Of a DNA stretch of 64,000 nt, positions 25,001 to 38,200 are shown piece after piece. The position numbers were made by a program, and so were the translations under genes. This DNA comes from Lama guanicoe (lineage: Eukaryota). The stretch's first letter is position 1. Each line of letters opens with the position of its first letter. The notes under the pieces were generated by a model, which searched no databases, was not told where the DNA came from, and saw only the letters and a program-made list of their open reading frames with translations. Location: the NCBI GenBank assembly GCA_013239625.1, contig MU053304.1, forward strand, positions 1,116,001-1,180,000, given 5' to 3'.

Positions 25001-27656
25001 TTTCACTGTTTCCATGAAAAGAGACCTGCACAATTATTCAACATCTGATACATCCACACTGTCCTAAAGGAATAATCCTAACAGCTACTGTTTACCTCAG
25101 ACATACTATGTGGGGGCACCGTAAACCTGACATACTAGTATTATTACCTAGGTTTTGACAAATGAGGACTGCAGTTAAATCAGCAGCAGAGCTGGGAACT
25201 GAATCCAGGCAGCTGTGCCTTCAAGCCCCCTGATCTACTGGCATCTATGAGACCAGTAGGACTGACTTACTCTCAGTGAATCCATGCTGGCTATGGGTGT
25301 GTGGTTTCCTTTCCAAAATGCTCAGAAATCATCTCTTTAGCAATATTTTCTAGAACCTCACACAGATACAACTTTAAAATCCAAGTGCCATCAGCCGTTC
25401 TGGGGAATCTACCTTCTTTCCTTCTGGAAAACTGGAAATAAATTTGTTGGCCTTCTGATGCCCTTTCCCGTCTCCTTAATTCTTCAAAAAAAAAATTCAA
25501 ACAAGTATTTCGCTGCTGATTTACTATCCCAGTATCCATTCACTCGAACTATGAATCTTGGACACATTTCAAGCAGGTAGTTTAAATTTCCTTTTAAGAC
25601 TCAGCACCTGCTCCTCAGACCTGAAATCCAGGGTTATGGATGAGCTGCATTTGTTTGGAGGTTTTTGTGTGTAGAATGCATTTTCTAGGAAGGTAGCTCT
25701 GGTCACATTTTCTCAAAGGAGAGTATGAACTAAGGGTCTCTTCTCTTCCATTATAAAAATATTCTCTGCAAAGAGGAACAGCGGCAAACCAGAGAGGAGT
25801 GGTCCTCCTTCCCTCCTCGTCAGCACCTTCATTGGTGCGAAGGTGAGATCATCCTTGCTGGTCCTTCTCCCTGCGCTGGGTGGCCTTTCCTGGGGTGGGG
25901 TGGGGTGGGTGTGGCTTCAGTCTATTTGATAGGTCTGTGCCTTTCCTATATCGGCTTAGTTTTGGGCTGTACTAAATTTTGTTCCTTGGAGAGCTCTCTG
26001 TTCAGGGGCCTTAGTTCCCCCTTTCTTGGTCATCAGGAGCAGCTGAGATACAGAAGCCAGGCCTGCTCCTCACTCCTCTCTGTCCCGAGCTCATCCTTAG
26101 AATCCTACACAGTTTCTAAAGCTTCCCTTCTTCAGGTGGAGAACACCTGCCTCCCTCTGCCCGGTCCCTCCCGCACTGGCTACCAAGCCCTGACAGGGCT
26201 GCTTTACTCACAGTGATCCTATCACCACCATCTTCTTGATGAGAATTTCATTCAAAGAAGCTACCCTAACTGAGATGAAATTATCAGCAAGGCCAACCAA
26301 GACTGTCAAATACTGTGAATCAATTTCTGGCACATAGTGAGCACATCTCTCTCACCTCTTAGCCAATTTTGCCATCTGTGCCAGGAGCATGTCTCCCATG
26401 TCCTTCCTCCACTGGGGCAGGTGGCCTGCCTGCATTCTCTCACACCATTGCTGCTCCCCTCTCCTCTGCCCCCACCCTCCTGCTCCCAGAGTGCTCCACT
26501 CTCGGGTCCTGGCTGGCTTTCCATCCCTTCTTGACACACGGTGCTGCTAAACCTCCCTTCATAACAGGTCTGCTGCTCCTGAATGGGGCACAGCCTTCCA
26601 CCAGTATATCCTAACCCTGAGTCCCATCCCACCAAGTGCAGTGATCCCTAAGATGTTATAGTTACCACTCTACCTTACAATCTCAAATGCATTTCATTTT
26701 GCTTTGTACATCAGCATATAAATATCTGAGGTCTTACCCTAAGGCCTCTGACAACCTCTCTGATAATCCCTAGGCACCTCTTACATTATTACCTTATTCT
26801 CATTCAATGTGAAAGGTCCCCAGGCTTTCATCCTATTTTAAGAATGTTCATTCGCCCCAAGGGACAAATTTTATTCAGATGCCAAGCTGTGTGCTCATTA
26901 CCTCAGCAGCTCCTTATATATAAAACTGAACCCTCACAAGAAAAGTGGCCACTTCTCACTGTAACAGTGTTCATGGTTCCTGAACACAGTCATCTGCATG
27001 GTTAGTATGTTAGATTCTGATGAAACTGCAGTTCTAAATATTCACTTAGGAGGTCAGACACTTTATATAAGGGAATGTAACATATAAAGACTTGCTCTCA
27101 TTGTGAAAAGCACTAATAAAGATTACTGCTTTATTTATATACCTTAAACAGCACTCAACTGTGCAACTCAAAACAAAATTGTGCACATTATACCGTGGTA
27201 ACCACACCATATGTGTACTTAAATTATACAGACATACAACAAGGAGACAAGGCAGGCAGCAGCGGGAACAGTTCCAGTGACTCCGCCCCCGCCCCCCCAC
27301 CCCTTGCTTTTAATAAACAAGCTTTGGCCTGAAGATGGGAGAGGTAAGTCCACTGCGCCCTCGAGCCTGTTCATAATAGTGAAATCCCTGTCCTGAACGT
27401 GCTTCCAGTATTTAAAGACACGCATATTCCAAATTAACACGGCCCTGAACAGAGGCCAACTGCTTTGTCTGATGCTTTATATGTTCCAATGCAGGAGAGA
27501 AATCTGATTTTTACATGTACTGTATTCTATATACCGTATTTGATTGGCAATTGAACAGAAAATTGTACTTTTGACCATATAGGACTTCGGTCTTTTAGAA
27601 AGACTTTAGAATCTACCTTTCCGACCTTTTTTAAGCTGTGACTCTACTGTGTATAT

Positions 27657-27658
<2 letters not shown>

Positions 27659-27732
<74 letters not shown>
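27659..27732. repeat. Compound microsatellite (GA)21-GG-(AC)15
   Basis: Read directly from the sequence. Confidence 0.97.
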
Positions 27733-27735
<3 letters not shown>

Positions 27736-27746
27736 ATAAAGTCTCC

Positions 27747-27761
27747 CCGCTAGAGGGCAGC
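27747..27761 (+). promoter_or_regulatory. CTCF core motif
   Basis: CCGCTAGAGGGCAGC fits CC[AG][CG][CT]AG[AG][GT]GGC[AG] at every position. Confidence 0.6.
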
Positions 27762-27858
27762 CATGCACAGTCTTGGAGGGTAGAAAGTTTCGGGAAAACA
27801 ACAGCACACCCATTAATCTGACTTGCATGTATTTAAAATTCTATAGTTTTTATGTTAC

Positions 27859-28027
27859 CTTGAATGTGGCAAACGCATCTGAAGCTATGTCAAATGTTGA
27901 CATTTCGACATATCTGAAGAAATCATAAAACTGTTCTGACCACAAAATGATTTTTGCAAGTGGTTCATGTCTGATGCATTCTCTTAACATTATTCCACAA
28001 TTTAGAGCTATTTCTGGAGATTCATAC
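27859..28027 (-). CDS. CAB39: CAB39 exon 5 (169 nt)
   Basis: [56 protein letters not shown]; acceptor ttttgcag|, donor AAG|GTAACA. Confidence 0.98.
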
Positions 28028-29295
28028 CTGCAAAAAGAAAAAAAGACAAATATGATTGCCTTCTTCCCCAATTACTGCCTTTCAAAAACTCCAACACTGA
28101 ACAGTTCCAATTTTTAGAACAGGAAGTTTCAGATGTGTCCTAACTGACCAGAGCAGGTTACAAAATGCATCCCTCTTAGAGCAGAATAGGTGCTCACAGG
28201 ACTTGACTCTAGAGGGCACACACACAATAGTTGGTGGTGACTGCTTCAAACCAAAGAAAAGTAATAGCCATGAGGATGATCATGTGAACTGAAGTCCATT
28301 ACTTAAGCTAAAAGATTAAAAGAGAAGTGTTCAGGATCACACCTCCAGTAGGGTTAATTTTACATGTGGTGCTCTCAACACTTCAGAAAAACCAAAAGCT
28401 GAGTCAGAAAACAATATGAAATACAAAATAGTTTCTTAAATTCATAGTACCTAAATGGGTCTATGAAATATACAGCATTTATACTTCAGTTGTTTCAAGG
28501 TAACACTCAAAATAGGCTCTTGGCAACACATAAATACCACAAAGCTGACAGCCTAGCCTTGAGGATGTCACCAAGTGCCAAGTCAGGGATGGCCCAAGGG
28601 CTCTCTCAGTGGACACAGGCGACCCCATGACATCCCTCATCAGCTCTCCAAGCACGGCCATTTTTCACACCCATCTCAACGCCTCTCGCCTCTTCCTGCC
28701 CGATGAGCAGAAAGAAAACCTCCTTCTCCCCTCAGCCTAGCAGCCTTTTCCGTTCTGACACACACCAAACCTCTCGGACTGGACTCTGCTACTCTGCTCA
28801 GAAACATCGCTCTGTTCCTCCACTTCCTTTCAAGATGCAGGCACAGGTTTAATCTCTTTCCCCACTCACAGTGTCCTCTGGTTTCCTGCCATCGACTCCA
28901 TTTCCCTACATTCTACTAGGAAGGGCCTTCTCTTGGCTAAAATAAATGGTCTTTCCTCATAACACAAATTCTGCTAGTTTCCTGACATGCAGATCTTTGC
29001 TTCTCTCTCTTTAAAAAAAAAGAAAGAAAAACTCTCCCAGTTCTCCTTTCTACCTCCTGACTGTTCCTATTTCTTGCCTGGCTGAGGTCTTTCCTCCGTT
29101 GCCTCTGGCCTGCTAGTGACCGGCCTTATGACCTCATGGCTCCCAGCATGACTCCTAAATTGCCCCACTCAGAGCCACCCTGAACTGTACTTAGGTGTTT
29201 TCTGTTGCTTCTGGACAACTTCAGTTAAAGTCTACCATCAACTCTCTGGGTCTAATTTGGCATCACTATTTTGTCTCAGTTACTTGTGTCTAAAA

Positions 29296-29461
29296 CAGGT
29301 CTAACAGAACTTTCTTTGATAATGGAAATGTTCTAAATCTGTGCTGTCTACTGAGCACTTGAAAATTGGCTAGTATGACTGATTGTTAAATGTTATTTGA
29401 TTTAAATTAATTAAAAAAAATACCTGCATGCTGTTAGCAGGTACTGTATTGAACAGCACAG
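29296..29461. mobile_element. MER3-like hAT MITE within L2-like sequence
   Basis: ctaacagaactttctttgataatggaaatgttcta...ctgagcacttgaaa...gtattgaacagcacag. Confidence 0.7.
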
Positions 29462-30479
29462 TTCTAAACCTTCCCTCTTTATCCACTCCTAATCTTCCCA
29501 TCTTCAATTCACCACTACTTTTTAATACTTGAGATAACTCAGTTTCCTTTCCTTTGATCCATTCCCACTGCTGCATGAAGTCACACCTACTCATGCAAGT
29601 GCCCCCTAACCAGCATCTTTGTTCAAGCTGTATCTTAACAGATCTACCCAACGTACAAGTGTATCAATAGCCTTTCCAGCTCAGGACCTTAAAATGATTC
29701 CTTCTTGCTAATCAAATGGACAAAATTCTGGGCTATGACTTGCAGGCTTCCCTGCAGGAGGTACTTTTCCTCTGAGAGGCACCACGAGGCCAGGGCACAT
29801 TCTGATTATCTCCCTATTGTTGCTGATCACCGTGCTCATTCTGCCCCGGTACTTACTCCCTTTTTTCTGTCTATGCATATTCTAAACTATCTGGAATCTC
29901 AATCCTAAGTCCTACTCTGTTATCAACTCTTGCCTTACTGCCTAAACCCACGTTTTATCCCCTGAAATCCAATAGCACGGGTATCTAGTAGTAGCATCCT
30001 TTTGTTGTACAAATGTTCATCACAGACCCTCAACCAGATCAAAACTACATTCCTTTGTATCACTTGCAGCATGGCAGCTGGAATGCTGACTGGCTCTTAG
30101 GTGATTAGAATGTCTGCTCACAAAATGGCTGATCGCATAATTCATTTCGGTTGACCTGTAACAGGCAGGAGACTAGAGAGACGAGGGTAAGATACTTTCG
30201 TACAACAAGTAGGGCAGGTTTTGATGGCAATTTGTCAAGCTTATCTTGAATGATTAAACCACAAACCAATGAGTACAAGGCAAACAGTTATGCTGCACAA
30301 CCTGTTAGCACTAGAGCGGAGAGCACATTAACATTTAAATCGCCAGTGAAAAAATCTACTGCCCACAGATGCAGACTAACACTAGCAACAAGATCATTTT
30401 CAAATGCAGGCTAATACTGGCAGCATAACCCCCCAAAATGTCTAACATCAAAGAACTTCTAACCTGGGTGGATAATCAC

Positions 30480-31725
30480 ATTGCATGAAAGTAGTTCAAA
30501 CTAATTAATCAACAAAAGCAGAAAAATCTTAAAAAGGTAGCTCACAAGGCTCCTGGAAGAAATGGCTGTTTCTGGGTCTCATGCAGGAACCTGCACAAAA
30601 TGAGCAAGGGACCAGACAGCAAGGAAGCTATCAAAGCCTAATGGGGTTTTGCCAAAAAGACACAGGAGCCAATCTGAAGGAGCTCCCGACAGCCCAAGAC
30701 AGGGCAATTTGGACATAAAAATTTGGTCATAATGACTGTAATGGATTGAAACACATCAAATATATTTTAAAACCCCCTAAAACTTGAGTTTATAATGATG
30801 CTTCAAATAGTAATATACTCATTGCTCATCTAAGGAAGTAGCTAGGGTACCAACTGTTTATACTAAAAAAATGATAATTCAAGTGGAAAAAATCAAGCAT
30901 CTATTCTGTTTTTCCTACAGCAGTCACTGATGAGGAACGAAACACATTTACTATATGGCGAATGAATAATAGAATTAGGAAATCGCCATTCTGAATCTAG
31001 GCAGTGATCCTCAGTGGGTACTGAAAACGTTTAGGTGAAGGGTCGATGGAGAACTTCATGAGAGAGAGATTAGACGGACAACACGTGCACCCACTGACCA
31101 GTCTAAACATGACCCGAAGAAGGACAACCAGTGTTGCCCAGTAAGAAGTACACAGCCCCATTCGTGAAGAATTAATTCTTCAAAACTGAAGCCAAATCTA
31201 ATCAAACCTCTAGACCTGATCACCAGTTAAAAAGAACAGAGGCTAGATAAACATGATACGTGAAACCACAGGGTGTAAATCTAAAATATATGATTTTTCT
31301 ACAAAATAAATGACCCAGTTGCTTCAACAAATAAATGGTGTTAAAAGAAGAGGGCAGGAATTATTACAGATTAAAAGACACTTAAGAGTCACAGCAGCCG
31401 AATTCAGTTTGTGAAGTTGCTTGAAAACTGATTTAAACAAAGTAACCGAAAAATGACATTTTTGGTGAAAATCAAGGAAATCTGAGCACTGACTGGGTAT
31501 AAGATGTGAGGTTTTTAAAATGATATTATAATTATGTTAAACAATCCTTTATGTATTATGTACTAGTGCTGCACACTGGAGTGATGTGTGTGAAGAAAAC
31601 AGGAGGCAAGGAATAGACGAAACAAGAATGACAAAATGTTAGTAACTGCTGAAGCTGGGTGACAGGAGAGAAGGGTTTCTTGTATTATTCCCTCCAGTTT
31701 TATGTATATTTTCCACATTAAAAAC
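30480..31725 (+). mobile_element. Ancient L1M (ME/MD-type) 3' region
   Basis: A-rich degenerate L1 3' sequence ending aaaatgttagtaactgctgaagctgggtgac...gtattattccctccagttttatgtatatt...ttaaaaa. Confidence 0.65.
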
Positions 31726-33102
31726 TAAAAAGGGTTGGGGGAGGGGTTCTGTTGGATCCCAACACCAAGGGCTTCCCCATGCTTCTCACCTCCCTACGCT
31801 GAGGTTTCTGCTCTGGCCAGCTCAGTGGAGAGTCTTAAACCTTTCTTTGCATTGTATCTCAAAAGTCTGACTTTATATGATATTTAACAATGTTTTTCGT
31901 ATCATACCCCTTGCTATTCTAAAGTGAAAACACAGGCAGAGTTAACTAATTTATAGATTTTAATAACCACTGCTTTCTATGGAAAAAGGAATATTGGCTT
32001 TAAAAATACACAAAGGCATCTGGAAGCTGCTCTAAGAACACCAAAATGTCAGGCTACTCACTACATGCTCACACATGCAGTGCTAGATTGAGACAACAAA
32101 AAATTAGATGCCAAAAATTCTGTATGGCAACATCTGAAGAAGCAACATAGATAGTTAGAACTAGAATGAAGGAAATAGGATGCTGGCATCCAACACATGC
32201 ACTGACTCATGATTTGCCTAAACAAGTTTGAACTTGGGGGAAGTGTTAAACCACAGAGATATGAATCAGAGGGAGGCAAGCTGTGCAGCTCAGGGTAGGG
32301 GAGCAAGCTGATTCACGTCAACAGTCATGCCAGTAAAACGCTCGCCCGTCAATTTAACAGAACACACCGATGCACACCGTACCCAGAGCTAGCAACCGCT
32401 CTGGTGTGAAACAACAAGAGGCTACTCTGCCAATCAGTGAGGAGGGAGAGAGGATTTTTTTAAAGTTTCAGTTGTAAGGCTTTTTTTTAGTTTTTGTTTG
32501 TTTGTTTGTTTTGAAACTGACAGGCTACCCAAAGATAAATGCCTGCTTAGTCCAACAGTAATTCTAAGAAGATGCAGTGTGAATTACCAAATTAAGTGGG
32601 TTAGCAAATGCACACACACAGGTGCACTGCAAAGGGGACAATGCCATAAACATGACTTTGTAGACTGAAGAAGGTTAAGCTATACAGCGTCCACGCTCCA
32701 CTTACTGGGCAGCCTTTACTGCCTTACAGTGTGCACATATGTCCAAATAAGATGTCTTTAACTGTAAGATTTAACTGGTATTTCATATAATTAAGGTTTT
32801 TACATCTTAGAGTGGTGAAAAAAGGCCACAAAGGACTTACGTCTTTCTTCAGTCATGCATGATTTGAGAATTTAAAGCATCACAATTCACCTAACTTTAA
32901 AACCCCACGGGCATTTTCAAATTCAATTTAGCTCACAGGTTGAATTTTAAGGACAGAAATGTGTTCAAGATCTATGGAAAAATGAGCTGCTCAAACTACA
33001 GAGAAAATGCTTTCCCACATTTACCATACTGTTTTTGCCCAAGACCATCTTCCCTTTGTATTTTTCAAGTCAAAAATGCAAATTTTATTACATTATACAT
33101 AC

Positions 33103-33221
33103 CCTTTCAATAACATGAACAAAATATTCTGCTGGGTGCAGATGTATTCAACAGTAGGTGTTCTTGTACCAATTTGTCTTCTGAGAATATTGTTGAAAAT
33201 TTGAGCCACATCTTTTTTGCC
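33103..33221 (-). CDS. CAB39: CAB39 exon 4 (119 nt)
   Basis: [40 protein letters not shown], read by hand and not in the ORF track; acceptor cctaatag|, donor AGG|GTATGT, phase 2. Confidence 0.97.
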
Positions 33222-34609
33222 CTATTAGGAAGATAAAAATATTTACCTGACTAAGTATCAAAATGCCCATCCACTCTCCCAAATAAACTAAAATCAAGGC
33301 ACTGCATATTTATAATTATGACTGAATATCTTAGTTTAAAATGTTCATAGACATTAAAGTTTCTTATTTTATTTCCTTTATAATTCCAAATTCTAACTTT
33401 TAATAGTAAAATATTTTTGACATGAATAATGTGTTGACAAAGTGAAATCTTACTTCATATAATTTGAAGCATTTCTAACTCTTAGAATCATGCTGACTCA
33501 GATATGAAAAACAAAACATTGCTATATGCTTACATTGTTCAGCGGTCTGATTCCCACCCAAATGGAACAAGAAGCTTCAAGTAGGATGCTCATACTGTAA
33601 ACAATACAGATAGCTTCCTTTTATAGTGGTAGAAGGAGAAACTATACTCTGCTAGTATAAGAAAAGTGAAAGAATTCTCAAAGAAGTTAAGCTTTAATGG
33701 TAAGTAGATATATCCTATTAAACTAGCTCTACTTGGGAAAAGCTTTACATGGATTAATAACGAAGGTACTAAGTGTCACATGATGCAATAGTTTCGAGAT
33801 CAGAATTACACCACTGTATTTTACTAAACAAAATAGCGCGATGTTAACGCTATATGGTGAATCTTATAATGAGAAAGCTGCACAAGAATCAACAAACAGA
33901 GAAGCAGACTCCAAGAGATGTTTCAGAGCAGCCACCTGCTGTGAGGCTGACAAGTCGCTGGGGAGTGAGTGAAACACTGGCTTTCCAGAGATCACCCTGG
34001 GGCCTGTGCTAGGTCTGGAGTAGTAACGGCAATCTCTAAGAACCAGTTTCAAGGGCACACATTTCTTTTAAATTTATGTCTCTAAAGTCCCAAGTGACTT
34101 TAAACTCGGGGTACAGGTTGGGGAGTTGGGTGGGTAGACAAAGAAGGACTGGATGTTCCAGTGCATTCCCACCTTTGCAGCAGAAATAAAAACTGTTGTT
34201 GGAATTTGATACTCCATTAAAAATACATGAAACCAGCTATGTAAGTGGAAATATCATAGTTGTATCTGTTCTAAAGGACAGAAATACATTTTTATTCTTT
34301 TTTATTATCTACAGGTAATATACTCAAGTAGCCTATGAACCACACCTTCCCATCCTTCTCCAAAGTCAAATCTGTCTCTAAGTCTGTCATTTCCCCCCCT
34401 GGTTTTTCAAACACCTGCATAGATATCCAGTCCCTCAGAATGATAAACAAAGCACACCTACGACAAAGAGTCAAAGAGGAGACTGCTCATGACCACGCCA
34501 GAAACCTTCATTACACGCTTCTCAGAACGGTATCAAGGGCCATTCTTCTCACTATTAAATTCACTGAATATCTAACCATCAGATCTGGTATGATCTGGCT
34601 GTATAAGCC

Positions 34610-34910
34610 TGGGAAAGGATCTCAGATGCCTGCCAGGGCTGGTCAGAAAATGCAAACGAGTGCAGCAGGCCCTGAGGTAGAAGAGCAAGCTGTGCTGCCT
34701 GCAGCAAACCCAAGTGCGGATGCCTCCGGCGTGGCAGGCGGAGGGGGCCGTGCAGGACCACGCGCCCAGTGCTGCCAAAATGTTCAACAGAAGCCAGAAA
34801 TTCAAAATTGTGTATATAATCTCCTCTGTCAGTTTAAGTTACCCTAATTTAAATATTTAAAAGCAGTGCCAAACAAACAAAACACCTATAATCTCTGCTG
34901 TAGTAAGTTC
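34610..34910. mobile_element. MER102-like hAT remnant
   Basis: ctcagatgcctgccaggg...gtgctgcca...agaagccagaaatt...aatctcc...aaacaaaacac. Confidence 0.55.
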
Positions 34911-35302
34911 TCAACAAGTTAAAAAAATTAGGCATAACTAGATGTTCTCTAAGATCTCATCTATCTCAAAAACTCTATGCTTCTTTAGACTGTTTATTCC
35001 TTGAGAGCCAAGGATCAGTGAATTACGTAAAACAGCAGCTGTATATTAAGTACAACCTAAATGAAAGGGCATAACGAATACCTAAGAAACCTCACATACA
35101 ATGTAGTGAAACAGGGGGGTAGCGGGGGGAACCTGGCCTAAGCCCGAGACACCCTTGAGCTCCTGCCCTGGCCCCGCTAATTAGGCAGACAGCCTGGGCA
35201 TGCTTGCAGGGCAGTTCCCCTGAGCCAAGAGCCCAACAGGAATCGTAAGGAGTTTCAAAGGAGAGAACACACGGAAAAGAACTATAAAAATTGACTTCTT
35301 AC

Positions 35303-35467
35303 CTCGAAGTCAATAAGCTGTAAGTCAGCTACCAGGGTGCTAAGGAGGCCACTGTTATACAGCTCCTGAGCGAGCTGTGCCACTGCTTCTGTCTGCGGCT
35401 CCTTTTCATTTGTGCCGTACAGAATTTCTTTCATGGCAACCAGATTTTTGGAAACTTCTTCTGTAGC
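35303..35467 (-). CDS. CAB39: CAB39 exon 3 (165 nt)
   Basis: [55 protein letters not shown]; acceptor aatcag|, donor GAG|GTAAGA. Confidence 0.98.
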
Positions 35468-35623
35468 CTGATTTTGTAGGAGAGGAGAAAAATAATTCAT
35501 TTAAACAAACATAAACAGCATATGTACATTTGCTAAATACCGTCCCCATATATTATGTACCCACAGATTTTTGTACAAGAGAGTGGGAAAGCCCCATCCT
35601 TAACCTCAGGAGTCAAACACTGA

Positions 35624-35663
35624 GTGTGTGTGTGTGTGTGTGTGCGTGCGTGTGCACGTGCGC
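35624..35663. repeat. (TG)n/(TGCG)n alternating purine-pyrimidine tract
   Basis: gtgtgtgtgtgtgtgtgtgtgcgtgcgtgtgcacgtgcgc. Confidence 0.9.
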
Positions 35664-36199
35664 CCATGTAGGAAAATATATGAAACAATGAATTTTAAAC
35701 ATGAAACTTCAGGCAGCAAGGGACAGCGAGCCCTGAAAGAAGGGAAACAAGTGAAGTGAACCTCACAACTGCCCTGGCTTATTACCCAGACAGAATCTCT
35801 AGGCCATATCACAGGAAGGGAAAGACAGGCAGAACAGGCAATCTCCTCATGAGGAAACCGAGCTCGGCATCTACGGAGGCCAAGGGGACGTGCTAGTTCC
35901 GCAGCGCAAAGTACCAGAAAGCAGAGAGAGGCACTGAACAGGTGTTAGAGACCTGCAAAGACGCACTTGCTTCTCCAGCCGAGTACTGATAAGCACATGC
36001 ACACGAGGAAAGCACCCCAGGCCGGGGAACAGAGCCATGGAGCTCACACAAGGCTCACATCAACCTGATGGGAAACCTCATATTCACAGGCAGCAAGCAG
36101 AGCTCTCAAAGGGATTTGTCTCTGCTGTTATAAAAAATCAGTCCTGGACTACTTTCTGCTCTAGTCCTGCCAAACAATGAAAAGCAAGCCTAGAAAGAA

Positions 36200-38200
36200 T
36201 TGAAACTGGAAAACACAACCATTACAGGGGAGAAGAACCAATCAATAGAAATAGCCCTGCAAAGTGACACAGATGGTAGAAATTAAATAAGGACATTGAA
36301 AGTTACCGTAACTACTGTCAATATATTCAGGGCAAAAAATGAGCATGTTAAGTAAAGGTAAGAAAGACATAAAAAAAAAAAGACCAAAATCAAACACTTA
36401 AAAACAAAAATTACCGTATCACCTCGCACCAGTTAAAACGTCCATCATCGAAAAGTCTACAAATAATAAATGCTGGAGAGGGCATGGAGAAAGGGAACCC
36501 TCCCACACTCTTGGTGGGAATGTAAATTGGTGCAGCCACTATGGAGAATAATATGGACGTTCCTTAAAACACTAAAAAATAGAGTTACCATATGATCCAG
36601 CAATCCCACTCCTGGGCATGTATCTGAACAAAACTAATTCAAAAAGATACATGCACCCCGGTGTTCAACAGAAGCACTATTTACAACAGCTAAGACATGG
36701 AAACAACCTAAATGTTCATCAACAGATGAATGGATAAAAAAGATGTGGTGTGTACACACACACACCCAATGGAATATTACTCAGCCATAAAAATGAATGA
36801 AATAATGCCATTTGCAGCAACATGGATGGACCTAGAGATTATCATACTAAGTGAAGGAAGTCAGACAGGGAAAAATAAATATCATATAATATCACTTATA
36901 TGTGGAATCTGAAAAAAATGATACAGATGAACTTATTTACAAAACAGAAATAGACTCAAAGACATAGAAAAAAACTAACGGTTACTAAAGGTGGGGGTGG
37001 AGGGATAAATTAGGAATTTGGGATTAACAGATACTACTATATATAAAATAGATAAACAACAAGGCTCTAAGGACAGGGAACCATATTCCATACCTTGTAA
37101 TAACCTATAATGGAAAAGAATCTGAAAAGTAATAGATACGTATATGTATAACTGAATCATTTTGTTGTACACCTGAAACACTGTAAACAACTCTACTTCA
37201 ATAAAAAAATAAAAACTACAGGGTCTGAAACAAAAATGACACTGGATGGGATTAACAGATTAGACATTATGGAAGAAACGGTTAGTAAATATGAAGACAG
37301 AGCAGTAAAAGCTATCCAAAATGAAACACACAAGGAGGGGGAAGAGCACATCAGGATACTGGCTGTGTAACTGTAGTCTACCATATGTGTAACTACAGTC
37401 CACAAAGGAGGGGGAAGGCAGACAAAACATACGAAGACATAACAACTGAAAAATTTCCAAATTTGATGGAAACTGTAATCCCATTGAGGCAAGAAGTTTA
37501 AAAAAAATTCTAAGCACAAGAAACAGGGAGAAAACTATGTCAAGGCATGGAAAAATCAAATTGCTTAAGTTCAATAAAGAGAAAAACTTATGGCAATTAG
37601 AGGGAAAAAAAATTTACAAAGAATCAAAAAATGACAACAGGCTTCCTGACAGAAATGATGCAAGTCAAAAAATAGTGGAAGAACATCATTAAAGTCTGGG
37701 GAAAAACAAAACTAAACTGTCATTGTAGAATCCTACAACCCACTGTAAAAATATCATTCAAAAATGAAGATGAAATAAGAGTTTTTGAGACATAGAAGAG
37801 CTGGAAGATTTTGTCACTAGCAGACCTGTGTTATAGGAAATGTTTAAGGAAGTCCTACAGGCAGGAGATTCAAGGTGAGAACCTGTATATACAGAAAAGA
37901 AGGAAGAACACTGGAGATAGTAATGCAAATAAATATAAAAGATTTTCCTAGTATTTAAAAATAATTGGCTGTTTAAGTAACTGTATTCTGGGGTTATGAC
38001 ATATGTAGACCAAGAATATGTGGCAACAGTTAACTCAAAGGGAGGTTAGTGTTGTAAGGTTTTTTTATGTGAAGCAGTATCTATTTCTTGAAGACAAACT
38101 AAAAGTTAAATGCATACACTGTAAATCTTAAAAGAACCACTATAAAACAAAACAGTTACAGCCAATACACAGAAAAAGCAGGTTATTAAATGTATATGAA
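36200..38200 (+). mobile_element. Ancient L1 ORF1 region hosting a younger L1
   Basis: ORF1-like text on both sides of the insert (acagatggtagaaatt...; gatgggattaacagattagac...gaaaaatttccaaatttgatg...tcattcaaaaatgaag). Confidence 0.7.
36415..37205 (+). mobile_element. 5'-truncated younger L1 (ORF2 C-terminus plus 3'UTR)
   Basis: MEYYSAIKMNEIMPFAATWMDLEIIILSE; ends cttcaataaaaaaa; degenerate TSD aaaaacaaaaattac / aaaaataaaaactac. Confidence 0.9.

Noticed and set aside
34335..34847. 170-aa + strand ORF in intron 3
   Set aside because: Runs through a MER102-like remnant and resembles no protein I know.
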